Counted from the whole stretch's first letter, positions 25,910 to 40,129 are shown. The stretch is 63,728 nt of DNA, filler included, from Octopus bimaculoides (GCF_001194135.2; 3 parts of 3 records of this genome joined end to end with filler, not necessarily neighbours in it); one strand, 5' to 3'. Notes: generated by a model from the letters alone, not told the origin. Translations and numbers: made by a program.

Positions 25910-26750
25910 TTTCTATATTAGATGCTTCAAGTTTATGGAAAGAATTCTAGATAACTGCAACTCTAGGGAGAAAAATCTGAGTATAGTGATTAGGATGGAG
26001 GTTGGAAAGTCTGGAGAAAAGTATGAGTATAGTCCTGGATGGTGGCTGGAAACAACTTTAGTGATGATAGGACACTCTTATGAAACGAAAGTACTTACGT
26101 GTAAGTGGAACTGGACCCAAATCTTTAATACAGAGGCTGAAACGTCTCTGCAAGTGACTTCATATTATTCAACATAGTGGACGCATCACCAATCCAGATG
26201 TAGGAGTAATACCCCATTAAAAGTTTTTCAACGAAGTTCATTCGTTAGGTGGGATCCTCAGTTAAAGTGAGGAGTAGAAGTTGAAACGATGATGAGTGAT
26301 GTAGTTGCGTGCTACTTATTTTCCAAGCGGGCGAGGTGAAGTGAAATGTGTTGCATAGTTATTGAAAGAAACTAAAGTTGCATGACATTATTCGAAGTTT
26401 TTCCGCGGTCTTTGTATATGAAGTCAGCGTTCACTTGGTAGAAAACGTCAAGGTTACGAGAATTGATGCATGAATGAGGAATATTAGTTTAAAATAATAC
26501 ACTTAAGATTAAGTGGCATTGAAAGCGACTGTACGTAAATGGTTAATATAAAAGAGAATACTGTGGATCCTGGGCCATATCAGTCTTTTAGAGTGTGGAG
26601 CAGGGGGAGCACCATCAGCAAAGACTGCGATCTGAAAAATAGATAGTGATATAAGAGTTTAAAGACTGATAGGGCACATAGATAGATACTTTTGAGAGGA
26701 TACTTGTCTGTGTCGCACGAAAGCTTTGCGCATGTAACTAATGATACAAT
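25910..26750 (-). mobile_element. Heavily decayed LINE RT-to-3' remnant (CR1/Jockey/I-like)
   Basis: Minus strand shows KAFV (about 26720), AVFADG (about 26620), a decayed HIWGGA-like segment and FLPRVAVI*NSF (about 25950-25970). Confidence 0.5.
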
Positions 26751-27065
26751 ATTTATTTAGGGTAAAAATCTACTTGTTAGTGACATATGTCACCAACAAA
26801 AATACTTTCACCAAAGCCGGCAGAGAGTAAAGGTTCTCGGAAATGTTGTTAATGGCTGTCTGTACTACAGTCACAATATTACGAGTGCTGGAAGTTGACA
26901 GAGTGAAAGGGGACTATACATCTAGAGAACTGAACACAGTGTTGCAAAATCAAGTTAAATTATGTTACACTTGCTGTACTTCAGTAACCGGTAACTTTGG
27001 AGAACATCCTGCAACGAAGATACGACGACGTTTCCTTTTCGTCTACAAAGTGCAAACAAGACTCA

Positions 27066-27175
27066 TACAGGGTGGTATCAAAAGGTTCTGGGACTAGTTA
27101 TGTTTAATAGAAAATAACTTATTTACCTAAGTTTTAGCATCATCTCCTTCGATATGGTTACCTTGCACAGATGCT
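27066..27175 (+). mobile_element. Possible isolated mariner-type terminal fragment
   Basis: Begins TACAGGGTGGTATCAAAAGGTTCTGGGACT, resembling mariner TIR starts. No partner TIR found. Confidence 0.35.
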
Positions 27176-27338
27176 CATGCATCTGGGAATATGATGTTTC
27201 GAAACACGTGTATCTTACAACCCATATAGCAATCTATTCATTGACAAAGATTAACTTATAAACACCTTATAATCTGCTCTTATGCCTCTCTTCCGTTCTC
27301 CGATTCTTTCAATTATAATGGATTTTGTTCTAAATTAG

Positions 27339-27402
27339 AGAAATACACACAAAGACTCCCCAGTGCACTGTCTATCCAACGCTAGGCATCACTGTGTCAA
27401 AG
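27339..27402 (+). CDS. Candidate 64-nt exon
   Basis: ttttgttctaaattag| and aaag|GTAACA boundaries. Two frames open (EIHTKTPQCTVYPTLGITVSK or RNTHKDSPVHCLSNARHHCVK). Confidence 0.2.
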
Positions 27403-27546
27403 GTAACAAAAAAAAAAAAAAACTCATCCTTTCAACATACATATGCAATAATTTGGTCTCTACTTTCACGTGAGCAGCAACAGACAGATGATACAGATTC
27501 GACAAGAACAAGACCCGATTCGACAAGAACAAGTGACCGTATTAAG

Positions 27547-27580
<34 letters not shown>

Positions 27581-27681
27581 TTAAAACAGTAGGGTAAAAA
27601 ATTGGATATTAATATTAATATCAATTTAATATCAGGGAACAAGGGCATTAAAAGAACCTAGTGGCCTCCTTTACACACTCA

Positions 27682-27751
<70 letters not shown>

Positions 27752-30217
27752 AACGTACCCTTAATTTAGGGGTTCGGCAAAAGAGACCGATAGAATGAGA
27801 AGTAGGCTTCCAGAGAATAAACCCTGAAGTGATTTCTTCGACTAACAGCCCCAAAAGGCGGTGCTTCAGCATGGGCAGTGTCAAATGACGGAAACATGTA
27901 AACCAATGAAAAAATATGTATGTTTGTATGTATGTATGTATGTATGTGAGTGAGTGTATGTATGAGTGTGTGTGTGTGTGAGAGTGCGAGAGCGTGTATG
28001 TGTGTGAGTGCGAGAGCGTGTATGTGTGTAAAACCATGTGTTCACATTATTTAAATACGAGGATAGGCACCATAGTTCGAATTTAGTCATTGGCATAAGC
28101 TACGTTCACAGAAAAGAAAAACACCATTTTTTCTGAAAGCTCAAATTTTATTTAGTTTATTCTTCTCTTATTAACATTCTATATAGTAGTAAGAAAGGTT
28201 GTGTCGCCATGAAGACCCTCTTGCAAGGGCTTGGTATTGAGTTCGATCTTACTGTACCGCTTCGAGAAGAACTGGAAAATCGTTAAAAACATCATATCTT
28301 TCCCTATATATGTATATTTTTAGAGTTATAATGTGTCTATTTTCATGAATTTCACATATAAAATTAAATTTATGCAGGAATTATTAATAACAGCAGTAGA
28401 GATAAATACGCGAAATTATAACGAGTCCATGTATTGTTGTAAAGTTTAACAAGTTTCTGATAAAGAAGAAGTGTAATTCAATGTTAGACCGTAATATTAA
28501 TTCATATTAGTGGCATAAACTTATAAACAAATTATACATAAACTGCAGAGCGCTGTCAGCAAGGAAAGAGAATGTTATTGGTTACATATATGTTGATGTT
28601 GCAATAAATTTCAACCAGATTCTGTCGAAACCCCGCTATAACATCATAAAACTCTAACATATTCTACGTGTAAATCTCTACATATAATAACGCTTGGAGA
28701 GGAGATAATTTAAAACTATACAATATTTAATGTATAAGGTACATATATTAAATATGAGGAAATATCCACAATAGATAGAAGTTCAAATATGACAAGAGAG
28801 AATGCAGTTTATAGAGGTAGTCAGGTTAGGCTGCATGAATGCAGAGTAAATTTCAGAATGATCAACACTACACAACTATACAAACGTATATAAAAACATT
28901 CAAAATCATGTAAATATCATACAAGCATATGAAGTCAACTTCCATAGAAGATGGCATGTTTTAATTATATTCATGTAGGTGGTTTTCGCACCGAAGTTCA
29001 AAACGAATTTCCCTTTTATATAGAAGAAAGGTTGCGTAACCCTAATGTTGTCTCTAAAGCACGGGGAGAAGAGCTTATGGATGAAAAGTTTTAGTATTGA
29101 TTTCATAATTTGACATCCATCTAAACAAAGAAAGGTATTTTGTGGATAAATTCCAGTTACTGTTTTCAGTATCACAGGGATTTCACAATCATTCAAATTC
29201 CACAAGAAAACGCTTGGAGGAAGAAATTCATCATTAACTAATAGTTGCACAAGTGTTCTAGAATTGTTTTCTTCACACAAATAAAAAAATTAATAAAATA
29301 TTTAATGAATCAATTAAAACAGTAATATAGTTATTGTACTTTTAATAATTTCGAACAAATCCTAACTGTTGTTACACAAAGAAGGAATGTAATTGAAATT
29401 TTGAAGAATGTTTGTAATTTGCCTTCAAGTGTATCAACAAAAGATATTACCTTTAGAAGAAAACATAGCAAATAACTATTGGAACTTATTATCTTATGAA
29501 AGATAATGATAAAAAATAGTATACCATATAAGTTACGTTTCATTTATTTTTATTATATTATTCATGTAAAACTTGTTGACGCCTAGAAATATTTTGTAAC
29601 TATTTTAAAGGTATTTTTTGAAAGTGATAAATTTTTGGTTTTCTTGAGTGTAAACGGAATTTATTAACTGCTTAGTCAGCAGATCATGCCCATAGTTTCA
29701 TGTAATGAATCTCTTCTTAGCTATCCGTTAGAGTGTTTCCCCAGTTATTTATCTTGTATTGTGTCTCAGCTGTATGCACTATATGAGGTATGATGTTTAT
29801 ACTTTGTTATTAAAAGTACAAAATCGAAAATTCCAGAACAATTCTGCTGGCCATCATTAACGAGGAGAAGTATGTCAACTAGTCGCTTCTAAAATAGGAA
29901 ATACTTCAGTTGTAAATACATTAAAAATGGGTAATATGAAGTAAACGTTTACTATTTACGTAGCTGTAGAATAGACCACTTAAAATCGAATATGCCTATA
30001 AGCAGCATCTTTCCGTTCCAATATAAGTGGTCACGTATAAAGTATAAGCTGTTACTAGCAAAATGAGGTTAGAGAAGTGATTCTCAGATATTTACTCCCA
30101 CTCTACATCCCATTTCGATTCCCTTCCGCGCTCTCTAAAGGTCATGTTACTCCATTATGAAAATTAGTATATATGCACAGATACATACACATATATACAT
30201 ACAATCACACAGACATG

Positions 30218-30258
<41 letters not shown>

Positions 30259-30358
30259 NNNNNNNNNNNNNNNNNNNNNNNNNNNNNNNNNNNNNNNNNN
30301 NNTTAATTAATTAANNNNNNNNNNNNNNNNNNNNNNNNNNNNNNNNNNNNNNNNNNNN

Positions 30359-30406
<48 letters not shown>

Positions 30407-31769
30407 CACAACGGGCTTCCATAACGTTTCTGTCGAGCAAATCCACTCTCAAGACTTTGGTCAACCGAGAGCTATAGTAGAAGACACTTTCCCAAGGTAA
30501 TGCATAGTGGAACAGAACCCGAAACCACGTAGTTCCAAAGCAAGCTTCTTAACCACATAGTCATGCTTTCTAACATTTTGGCGAATAAGAACTACCTATT
30601 TGACATAAGGCTCTGCCAAAACTTTTAACATAATACTGGCAATGAAAGGTATATTAATTACCATACAGCATAAATTTTGGGGTTTACTGAAATTATCTCG
30701 TATGGTGGCAATTGGGGCTAACGTCAAACGATAAGAGGAGATAATCTCGGGGACCAAAGATTCTCCATAAGTAACATGACATTCCTTCCTCTAAGTCCAA
30801 CTCTTGACCTCATCGTAGTGGGAAGGTTAAACGAGTGAGTGTCAGAGCTATGTCGTCGGGGACTTCGAATCCCTGGTTGGGCCACGCAAGGTGGACAAGT
30901 CTGACACCGTCGATGCTAGGGCCGCAACCCGGCTAACTGGAGGGCAAAGGTGATTTCCAGGCGGCGTCTGTTCCACAATCCGACGGCTTTCTGGTGGCGT
31001 TGGATCGCGTCTGCGAGCATTCTACAACGAGGAGGCGTAACACGAGGACAACCTGCCTTCAGTCGTATATGGTGGCTTACGAATACAGACGGGAACTACT
31101 TTCGCAGACTCTGATCATCCTTTGAAACTCCTTTGAATTCACATAGTGAACTCAATGAGAACCGGCTTAACCCCTCCCGAGTGAATGCTGTTACAAGACA
31201 AGACAAGAAGACATGACAAGAAAAAAGATACAGTCTGATTGCCTTGAGACAAGAAGAGAGTTGTGTGTACGTGTTTTTGCCTTAATAGACGTCATCAGAA
31301 TAGTTGATAAGTCTTGATAGAATATTCAATTGAACTCAAAATTATTAAAAAAATACACATTATCACGGACTGTTTAGACGGTCATTCGGTGCCACATATA
31401 TCACGTTTATCTACAACTCACATATCGATTCAGATTCATGGTGTCCATCTGATGAGTGTTAATCATTATTATTACTTTCACACGAAACACAGAGTTGTGG
31501 CAATCGTTAAATAATATGATCGTTATCAAACTATATTATATGCTCTCATTGGATTCATAGATGAGCACACTTTGTTTTCTGGCTAAGAACCACAACCCAT
31601 GTGTCACTGGTACTCATTTTCAGCTAAATCTACTGGAGTAACCTGGTCTAAGAATTGAACCTACCACTTTGCGATCGTGAGCCTAGCATCCTAGCCATTA
31701 AGCCACGAGCTTTTATACGCGTGCGGGCACACACAGACATACGTATGTATGTAAACATTTACACAAAGG

Positions 31770-31855
<86 letters not shown>

Positions 31856-32837
31856 CTTGTACTAGGTGTCATGACAAACATGGATCTCACTATAGTGTTG
31901 TTCGACTAGCTAGAAATAGCAGCCAACTACTTTCTACCGGCTACCGTCTAAAAGGCAGAATGATCACGATTGGCACGCTTTTTGACCAGACGTCTGCTAG
32001 ACCCGAGCTACGCAACGAATACACAACGGTAGCAACAACAGCAACAATAACAACAACAGCAGCATGGATTTGCTGCAATTATACACAAATAGTAAAATGA
32101 CAATGCACCTATGTGCAGTTAGTGTTGCAGATGCAATTGGCCGACTCACAACTGTCGTTGTTGTTGCAGCGGCAACAGTTGCAGCAGTTGTTTGTTTAAA
32201 TCGCTTCTGTCACAGTTGTATATGGTCGGATTGATAGTTTCGAGTGCTTGTGATGGTGGTGTTGGTGGTAGCGGCGGTGGTGGTTGTGGTGCTAGTGGTG
32301 GTGGTGGTGGTGATAGNNNNNNNNNNNNNNNNNNNNNNNNNNNNNNNNNNNNNNNNNNNNNNNNNNNNNNNNNNNNNNNNNNNNNNNNNNNNNNNNNNNN
32401 NNNNNNNNNNNNNNNNNNNNNNNNNNNNNNNNNNNNNNNNNNNNNNNNNNNNNNNNNNNNNNNNNNNNNNNNNNNNNNNNNNNNNNNNNNNNNNNNNNNN
32501 NNNNNNNNNNNNNNNNNNNNNNNNNNNNNNNNNNNNNNNNNNNNNNNNNNNNNNNNNNNNNNNNNNNNNNNNNNNNNNNNNNNNNNNNNNNNNNNNNNNN
32601 NNNNNNNNNNNNNNNNNNNNNNNNNNNNNNNNNNNNNNNNNNNNNNNNNNNNNNNNNNNNNNNNNNNNNNNNNNNNNNNNNNNNNNNNNNNNNNNNNNNN
32701 NNNNNNNNNNNNNNNNNNNNNNNNNNNNNNNNNNNNNNNNNNNNNNNNNNNNNNNNNNNNNNNNNNNNNNNNNNNNNNNNNNNNNNNNNNNNNNNNNNNN
32801 NNNNNNNNNNNNNNNNNNNNNNNNNNNNNNNNNNNNN

Positions 32838-32886
<49 letters not shown>

Positions 32887-33009
32887 TATATGTTACATAT
32901 ATATATATATATATATATATGTAATATATAAATATGTATTATATATACATATTCTTTTACTCTTTTATATGTTTCAGCCCAAAGGCTGTGGCCATATTGG
33001 AGCATCGTC

Positions 33010-33660
33010 AGTGTCATCACATTTTCAGTGGCCATTCTTATGCGATTTGCTTTTGGTGAAAGAGAGAGTTCGACACAGCTACCCTCTTTTGAGTTTCTTG
33101 CCGTGATATAGGTTCATCTGGGACCTTGGACCGCAGGAAATTAAGTTGTTTCTGGAAAACATCCACCCCTACTCCGTGAATATCCCTCAGATATTTTGGC
33201 AGGGCATTAAATAGCTGTAAGCCCTTGAATTCCAAGCTGCTGCAGTACATGGGCCTCATTCTATATGGGATAGCTGAGACGTTTGGAACAGTGTAGTGAC
33301 ATCCAGTTCAGGGGTTAGTATAGCTCTTGATACAATAGTTTGGTACCAGCCCCTCCAGGATCTTCCATATGTATATCATTGTATACTTCTCCCGTCCTCG
33401 CTCCAGGGAGAAGAATCATAGCTTTCTCAGTCTCTCTCGGTTATTCATCTGTTCCATTGATGCAATTTTCCTGGTGTAGCACCGCTGAACTGCCTCAAGT
33501 TCTGCTGTTAATTTGTCATCGTGGGGGTGACCACAGTTGAGAACAGTAATTCAGACGGCTGAGTACAAGTGCCCTCCATAGAACCAGTATAATTTCCTGA
33601 TCCCTTGTTCTGAAGGTTCTCAGAATCTATCTAGCCATTCGTTTGCACATTGTCATCATC
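33010..33660 (-). mobile_element. CR1/L2-group LINE 3' fragment
   Basis: Minus strand reads ILRTFRTRDQEIILVLWRALVLSRLNYCSQLWSP...ELEAVQRCYT...LER...YIWKILEGLVPN, then SLEFKGLQLFNALPKYLRD...KVPDEP (ORF 33038-33259). Confidence 0.85.
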
Positions 33661-34399
33661 TTGGTGATATATACGTGAAACGAGACGTCGTTTCTCATAT
33701 CAATCCCCAGTTCACGTACTGTACATGGCTCGGGGATTGTCACTCCTTTCGGTTCAAAGTATTGTTGTTGCGGTATGTGAGCACTGGCCATCTGATAGCG
33801 AAGGTCCTAGAATTTACTTGCAATAAATTGCATGCTGTTTTCTTCAGCCCATATGGTATCTTGATCTTTCTGTTGAAGATTAGCAACATACATATATATG
33901 ATATATGATATATATATATATATATATATANNNNNNNNNNNNNNNNNNNNNNNNNNNNNNNNNNNNNNNNNNNNNNNNNNNNNNNNNNNNNNNNNNNNNN
34001 NNNNNNNNNNNNNNNNNNNNNNNNNNNNNNNNNNNNNNNNNNNNNNNNNNNNNNNNNNNNNNNNNNNNNNNNNNNNNNNNNNNNNNNNNNNNNNNNNNNN
34101 NNNNNNNNNNNNNNNNNNNNNNNNNNNNNNNNNNNNNNNNNNNNNNNNNNNNNNNNNNNNNNNNNNNNNNNNNNNNNNNNNNNNNNNNNNNNNNNNNNNN
34201 NNNNNNNNNNNNNNNNNNNNNNNNNNNNNNNNNNNNNNNNNNNNNNNNNNNNNNNNNNNNNNNNNNNNNNNNNNNNNNNNNNNNNNNNNNNNNNNNNNNN
34301 NNNNNNNNNNNNNNNNNNNNNNNNNCTATGTAATCGGCTAATCCCCCCCACCCACTTCAAAACTGGTTTTGAACCTAAATCATACACCATTTATGATTT

Positions 34400-34960
34400 C
34401 ACTTATACCGAAAAGGTTTAATGAATCAAAATTAGCATTTTCTACAAACACCCGAATCCACACGAGGAAAACAATATACGACGTCTGTAAAGAATCAACT
34501 CTAGAATATATAAACTTATCACACAGTCAATAGTCTTAAATTAAATTCTATTGTAGCGAACCCGTCCTATGTAGACTCAACAACTTTGTAGATATACTGC
34601 TGAAAAATATTCTGAAGAATATACTAAACCTTTATTCTCCCGAATAAAGTCAACAGAAATACTATTATTGTATCATTTGATGTTGGAAACCTTTATACTA
34701 CAATCCAACATAAACACAAACTAGAAGCAATAGCATTCCGAACTGGGAATATCGTGAACGAAATTCCAGACCTAATGTAAAGAAAGGTTTGTTACTAAAG
34801 AAATATAGAATTCACCCAACAAAATAATTGTTTGATATTAATGGCAGTATCTGAGCCTGCAATGGTGACGAAATTTGGCCCGATTTAAGCCAGTTTTGTA
34901 ATGGCATATCTAAAGTTCAACTATTTTGAATAATCTAGACAACTTCCGTAAATGTTTGTT
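34400..34960 (+). mobile_element. Penelope-like element RT fragment, decayed
   Basis: IVSFDVGNLYTTIQHKHKLEAIAF (cf. SFDVTSLYTNIP...LEAI) and a decayed GTAMGTKFAP.YA..VM.YLE segment at about 34845-34915. Confidence 0.75.
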
Positions 34961-35875
34961 AGAAATGTTACTTGAATAATTTCCTCACTCTGTGACCTGC
35001 AGTCTTAATCAAGTCAACGATTTCAAAACCTTAAATAATAATATAAACAACAATTTACACTCCACAATGTAATACAGTTACAATCACTTGTCTTTCGCAG
35101 ATATTTTAATCATCAAAATATACACAAGCATTGAAACTGACAAGCGCTAAGAAACACTTATGCTTTACTTCGGACTATCCAAACGATATAAAAACAAAGA
35201 CAGTTCAAGCTAGTAAGAAAAATATGCTCATCTGTCGTACATTTTTACATACGTATGTATGTAAAAATGTACGACAGATGAGCATATTTATATATGTATA
35301 TAAGCATGCATACATACATATACATACATATGCATACTTACATATATATATATATATGNNNNNNNNNNNNNNNNNNNNNNNNNNNNNNNNNNNNNNNNNN
35401 NNNNNNNNNNNNNNNNNNNNNNNNNNNNNNNNNNNNNNNNNNNNNNNNNNNNNNNNNNNNNNNNNNNNNNNNNNNNNNNNNNNNNNNNNNNNNNNNNNNN
35501 NNNNNNNNNNNNNNNNNNNNNNNNNNNNNNNNNNNNNNNNNNNNNNNNNNNNNNNNNNNNNNNNTCATACATATATATATATATATGACATGTGCATTAA
35601 TTTGTGTGTATGTGTATATATATATACACGCACAAGTGTATAATGTATATATATATATATATATATATGTATACCAGCGCGCGTACGTATGTATAAGGAG
35701 TGAATAATTAAGGGATAGCATGGAAGAGAATAAAAGATGAAAAAGAGAGAGTAAGAGGGAGGGAAAGGAGAGAGAGATTAAGACAAAAGAAAGAAAGAAA
35801 GAAAGAAAGAAATGTTTTCAANNNNNNNNNNAAAAAGGAGAGTATAACTGATAGATAGAAGAGTTAATGAGAGGC

Positions 35876-35928
<53 letters not shown>

Positions 35929-36640
35929 AAGGGTATAAGAGAATTATATTCCTGAGAGAATGAGAGAAAGATTTAAAAAATTAGAAAGCGGAGGGAGCAT
36001 ATTTCTAGTATATCTCATATATATCCATACGAAAGGAAAATATTATGCAGCAGATGATGAGGGTGGAGATAAAGTGAGTGAGGCAGGAAGAGGGGGAGAG
36101 ATTATATGTGAGTGTGTGGAAGTAACAGACGAGTGAAATGAGAAAGCTAGACAGATAGATAGAGAAAAGGAGAGAGATAAAAGTGGGGAGAAGAACACTT
36201 AATAAACGAGAGTTGGAACGAGAAAAACAAAAACAAAAACAAAATAAGACGCACCAATTTATTCCAGTTGGAGTTTGCATGTAAACTAATTATTGTATAA
36301 TCTTAAAGAGAATATAAATTATCGATTCGATAAATATAATTTTAGATAAAATAACTAAATATTCACCAATAGGTAGGCACACATACAGACATAAGCATAT
36401 AGATATCTGTGTGTATGTGTATGTGTGTGTGTAAATACATATTAATGTACAGGAACGATTCAAGATATATCCATATGTAATATATGTACATGTAGTGTAT
36501 CCGTCTTCCAATTTCTCTCACTCCCTCTCTATCTGCCTATCTTTCTCTGTATACAAGTACACACACACACACACACACAGATACATATAACTATATATAA
36601 TATAATATAACATATATATATATATATATATATATATCAT

Positions 36641-36990
36641 GGCAGTCCGTTGGTTACGATGACGAGGGTTCCAGTTGATCCGATCAACGGAACAGCCTGC
36701 TCGTGAAATTAACGTGCAAGTGTACCCTTAACGTAGCTCTGGGGGAGATTCAGTGTAACACAGAGTATAACAAGGCTGGCCCTTTGAAATACAGGTGCAA
36801 CAGAAACAGGAAGAAAATGTGAGAGAAAGTTGTGTTGAAAGAGTACAGCAGGGTTCGCCACGACCCCCTGCCGGAGCCTCAGGTATTTTCGCTCAATAAA
36901 CACTCACAACGCCCGGTCCGGTCTGGGAATCGAAACTGCGATCCTACGACCGCAAGTCCTCTTCCCTAACCACTGGGCCATTGCGCCTCC
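36641..36990 (-). mobile_element. SINE family C copy
   Basis: Reverse complement of 24278-24656 with a small internal deletion. Confidence 0.88.
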
Positions 36991-37019
36991 CCATTATATA
37001 TATATATATACATATATAC

Positions 37020-37058
<39 letters not shown>

Positions 37059-37570
37059 CATACGTACGTACATACATTTGTATGCATACACACACATACG
37101 TACATAATACATACACGCATTTACTTTTGGTACTGCTGCTGCTTAATATTTTATGCCGCTGAAAATGTCTGAATCCATATATCAACAATTGTTACATAAA
37201 TTTTCTGTTAAAATATTCTCTCACACATACATATACGCGTGCGCGCGCGCATACACACTTCCATGCAGACATACATACACACGCTTATCAGTTCATGAAT
37301 ATGTGAGTGAAAGTATGAGAGAGAAAGAAGAGGGAAGGGGACTGGCTGCAAGATGTTTCTTTACAAAATGTATGCAAACAGATATTGGATTTGTACATGA
37401 ATGCATACATGTGTGTGTGTATGTGTGTGTATTACATATGTATGCATACATATACATATATTCATACATAGACACATATATGCATAGAAAAGAATGCGTG
37501 CATAGATCGCTTAAAAAGCTGTGAGTGTGTATATATATATATGAGTATATATGTATTCATACATATATAT

Positions 37571-37639
<69 letters not shown>

Positions 37640-37814
37640 TATATATATATCAATATATATATATGTATATATGCATGTATAAATATGTTCTTTTTATATG
37701 TATATATATAGTATATTATATATACATCATATATGTATTATATATATGTGTAAATATATAAATATATATCTGTCTATGCATGTATATATATATGCATGTA
37801 TATATATATGCATG

Positions 37815-37847
<33 letters not shown>

Positions 37848-37969
37848 CCATACATAGATATATATATGTATATGTACGCATATTTAAAACATATCTGAAT
37901 TCATATAAACAATTGTTATCTAAATCTTCTGTTAAACAATATAAGTATATATGTCTACGCGAGTTTGAG

Positions 37970-38035
<66 letters not shown>

Positions 38036-38249
38036 CCTGTATGTTTTGCCTACATATGGCTGCGTTACATAGTGAAATTTTCTCTATATTATAACCGATA
38101 ATCATGCAGTGAAGTATTCTCTACGCAGTTGTTTCACCTGGTCGAAATAGCAGCCAATTTTCCCTCAAATCACTGCCTACTAGATTAAAAGCATTGATTA
38201 ATAAATAGTAAACAAAGAACATCAAGAAAAAGTAAAGCATAGCAAGAAA

Positions 38250-38820
38250 TCTGCTGATTAACTAACCTTTCCATCAAACTATATATCATTTTCAGAATCA
38301 TAAGCCACAAGATAAACAAATTTGTATACTAAAACCTCCATGATCTTAAGCTGACACCCCTAAATAAACACATCTAATTACAAAGTCTTACATGATTGAC
38401 TTCACTCTGAATAATAGCTTCCACCTTCCCAACACAAACCGGTTAATTTTCCTGAATAACAGCAGCAAGAAGTGAAGAATTCTACTGACCAACTAACCTT
38501 TCTACCTACTTACATCCTTTGAGAACACTTAAAAACTCCATGACGTACCTAATTGCAAACTTCTAGATGCTGGACAAAAACTCTGAGCAATAACCTCCAT
38601 ATTCCAAAAACAACTCGGTTACATGTTTTATTAGTATTCAAACAAATTTTCCAACGACTAGACCTAGTAACACTTCTGACCAACTAACCTTTTCCACTAC
38701 TTACATTCTTCTCTACACCCCTAAAAAACAGCCCGAAGACCTAAAACTGACACACCTAAATAGACACACCTAATTACAAAGTTTTATATGCATGACGGAC
38801 TTCTGAACAATAAAACAAAT
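38250..38820 (+). repeat. Degenerate ~190-230-bp tandem repeat, 3 copies
   Basis: ct(g/a/t)ctga(cc/tt)aactaacctt recurs at about 38251, 38482 and 38672; ctgacac(c/a)cctaaata(a/g)acaca..taattacaaagt recurs at about 38350 and 38747. Confidence 0.75.
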
Positions 38821-38879
38821 CTAAATTTAATTGATAAAATCTACAATATCTTTCCATCAGAACCTATCCTATCATCTAA

Positions 38880-39290
38880 TTATCATTCAATAGAGCTCCA
38901 CATACCCGAGAAAAATTAAACTTGCCGGAGACTATATGAAAACAAGTTGGACTGTAATGTACCACAGCCCGTTTAATGCTAAGCGGATCGAAATTTTGGA
39001 GTCATTGTCAACACTATTCTTGTTAAAGAATAATAAATACATACTCATCAAAAAGTATTAACTAATTCTCAGTTCATTGTAATTTTTTTTTTTTAATTTG
39101 GCATAAAAACAAAAGATCTTTAAAGAATTCGGCCTCTCCATAACATTTACGACTTGTTGTATCACAGTCGACTTCCTAAACGTAACCCAAGACCTGAAAC
39201 AGGCAAGTACTACCCTTACAGGAATCCAAACGAAGAAACTGTGTACATCCACGGAGCTCTAACCACCACCACCAGCTGTAATTAGAAACC
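38880..39290 (+). mobile_element. Penelope-like element RT/thumb fragment
   Basis: FKEFGLSITFTTCCITVDFLNVTQDL.TGKYYPYRNPNEETVYIH...NH.P.VIRN, the PLE RT C-terminal motif set. Confidence 0.8.
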
Positions 39291-40129
39291 TAGGCATCAG
39301 ACACGCACATCAACGCACTCATGCAGCTGGTATACACACACTCATGCGCACGCACGCACACGCACGCACGCGCACACACACACACATACACACAGCCTCA
39401 CCGGTCATGTATCCGACGTCATCTTTTTACCATAAGAGAGGTTTTTTCTCCACGGTTACTGCAGTGTAGTTGCCTTTAGCAGTTGAAATATGTAACAAAC
39501 ATATTTCAAGTAACCTAAATTGTGATCATACCTAATTACTGCTTTGCGTCAATGCTTTGTTATTTATCTCGATCGGGCGAACTACTAGCACAAATCAGTC
39601 AACGTGTTGACTGAATTATATATAAAGCTACAAGCTTTATCAGTTCGTTCAGTGTTGTCTCTCTTAGGTACATCGATTGCTGCTGGAATCTTTGCTAGTG
39701 TGAGTCTTATTTTTGTTGGTGATTTTTCTTAATTATTATACTGTTTTTTGTTCTGTGTATTCCTGTGTGAATCGAACTTTTGACGTCGTTTCGATGGTGT
39801 TTTCGCCCTACGGGATGGAAAATTGTTGTTAATTAATTATTGTGAACTTTTCCTGCTACAGGGTAAAATATTTTTTTTTACTTTTGTCATTCGTGACAGA
39901 AGGTGTATTTTTTCTACGTTGTTGTCTGTAAAGACAATATTGTGTCAAAAAAATGGAATTTGATTTCAAATAAAATAAAGATTTGGATCTTTTCCCTTTG
40001 GCCGGCACATTTAAAAAATAATTTTTTGTAACTAAACACTTTAAAAATTCGTATACTGGTAGAATGTGTCACATAAAACATCATTTACTCTTGGCGTTTT
40101 TGAGAAAATTGTGTATTTTCGAAAAGGTA

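Noticed and set aside
30303-30314. TTAATTAATTAA island inside an N gap (also at 58396-58407)
   Set aside because: Identical 12-mer flanked by Ns twice. It is the six-frame-stop spacer used as a scaffolding linker, so it is technical and not biological.
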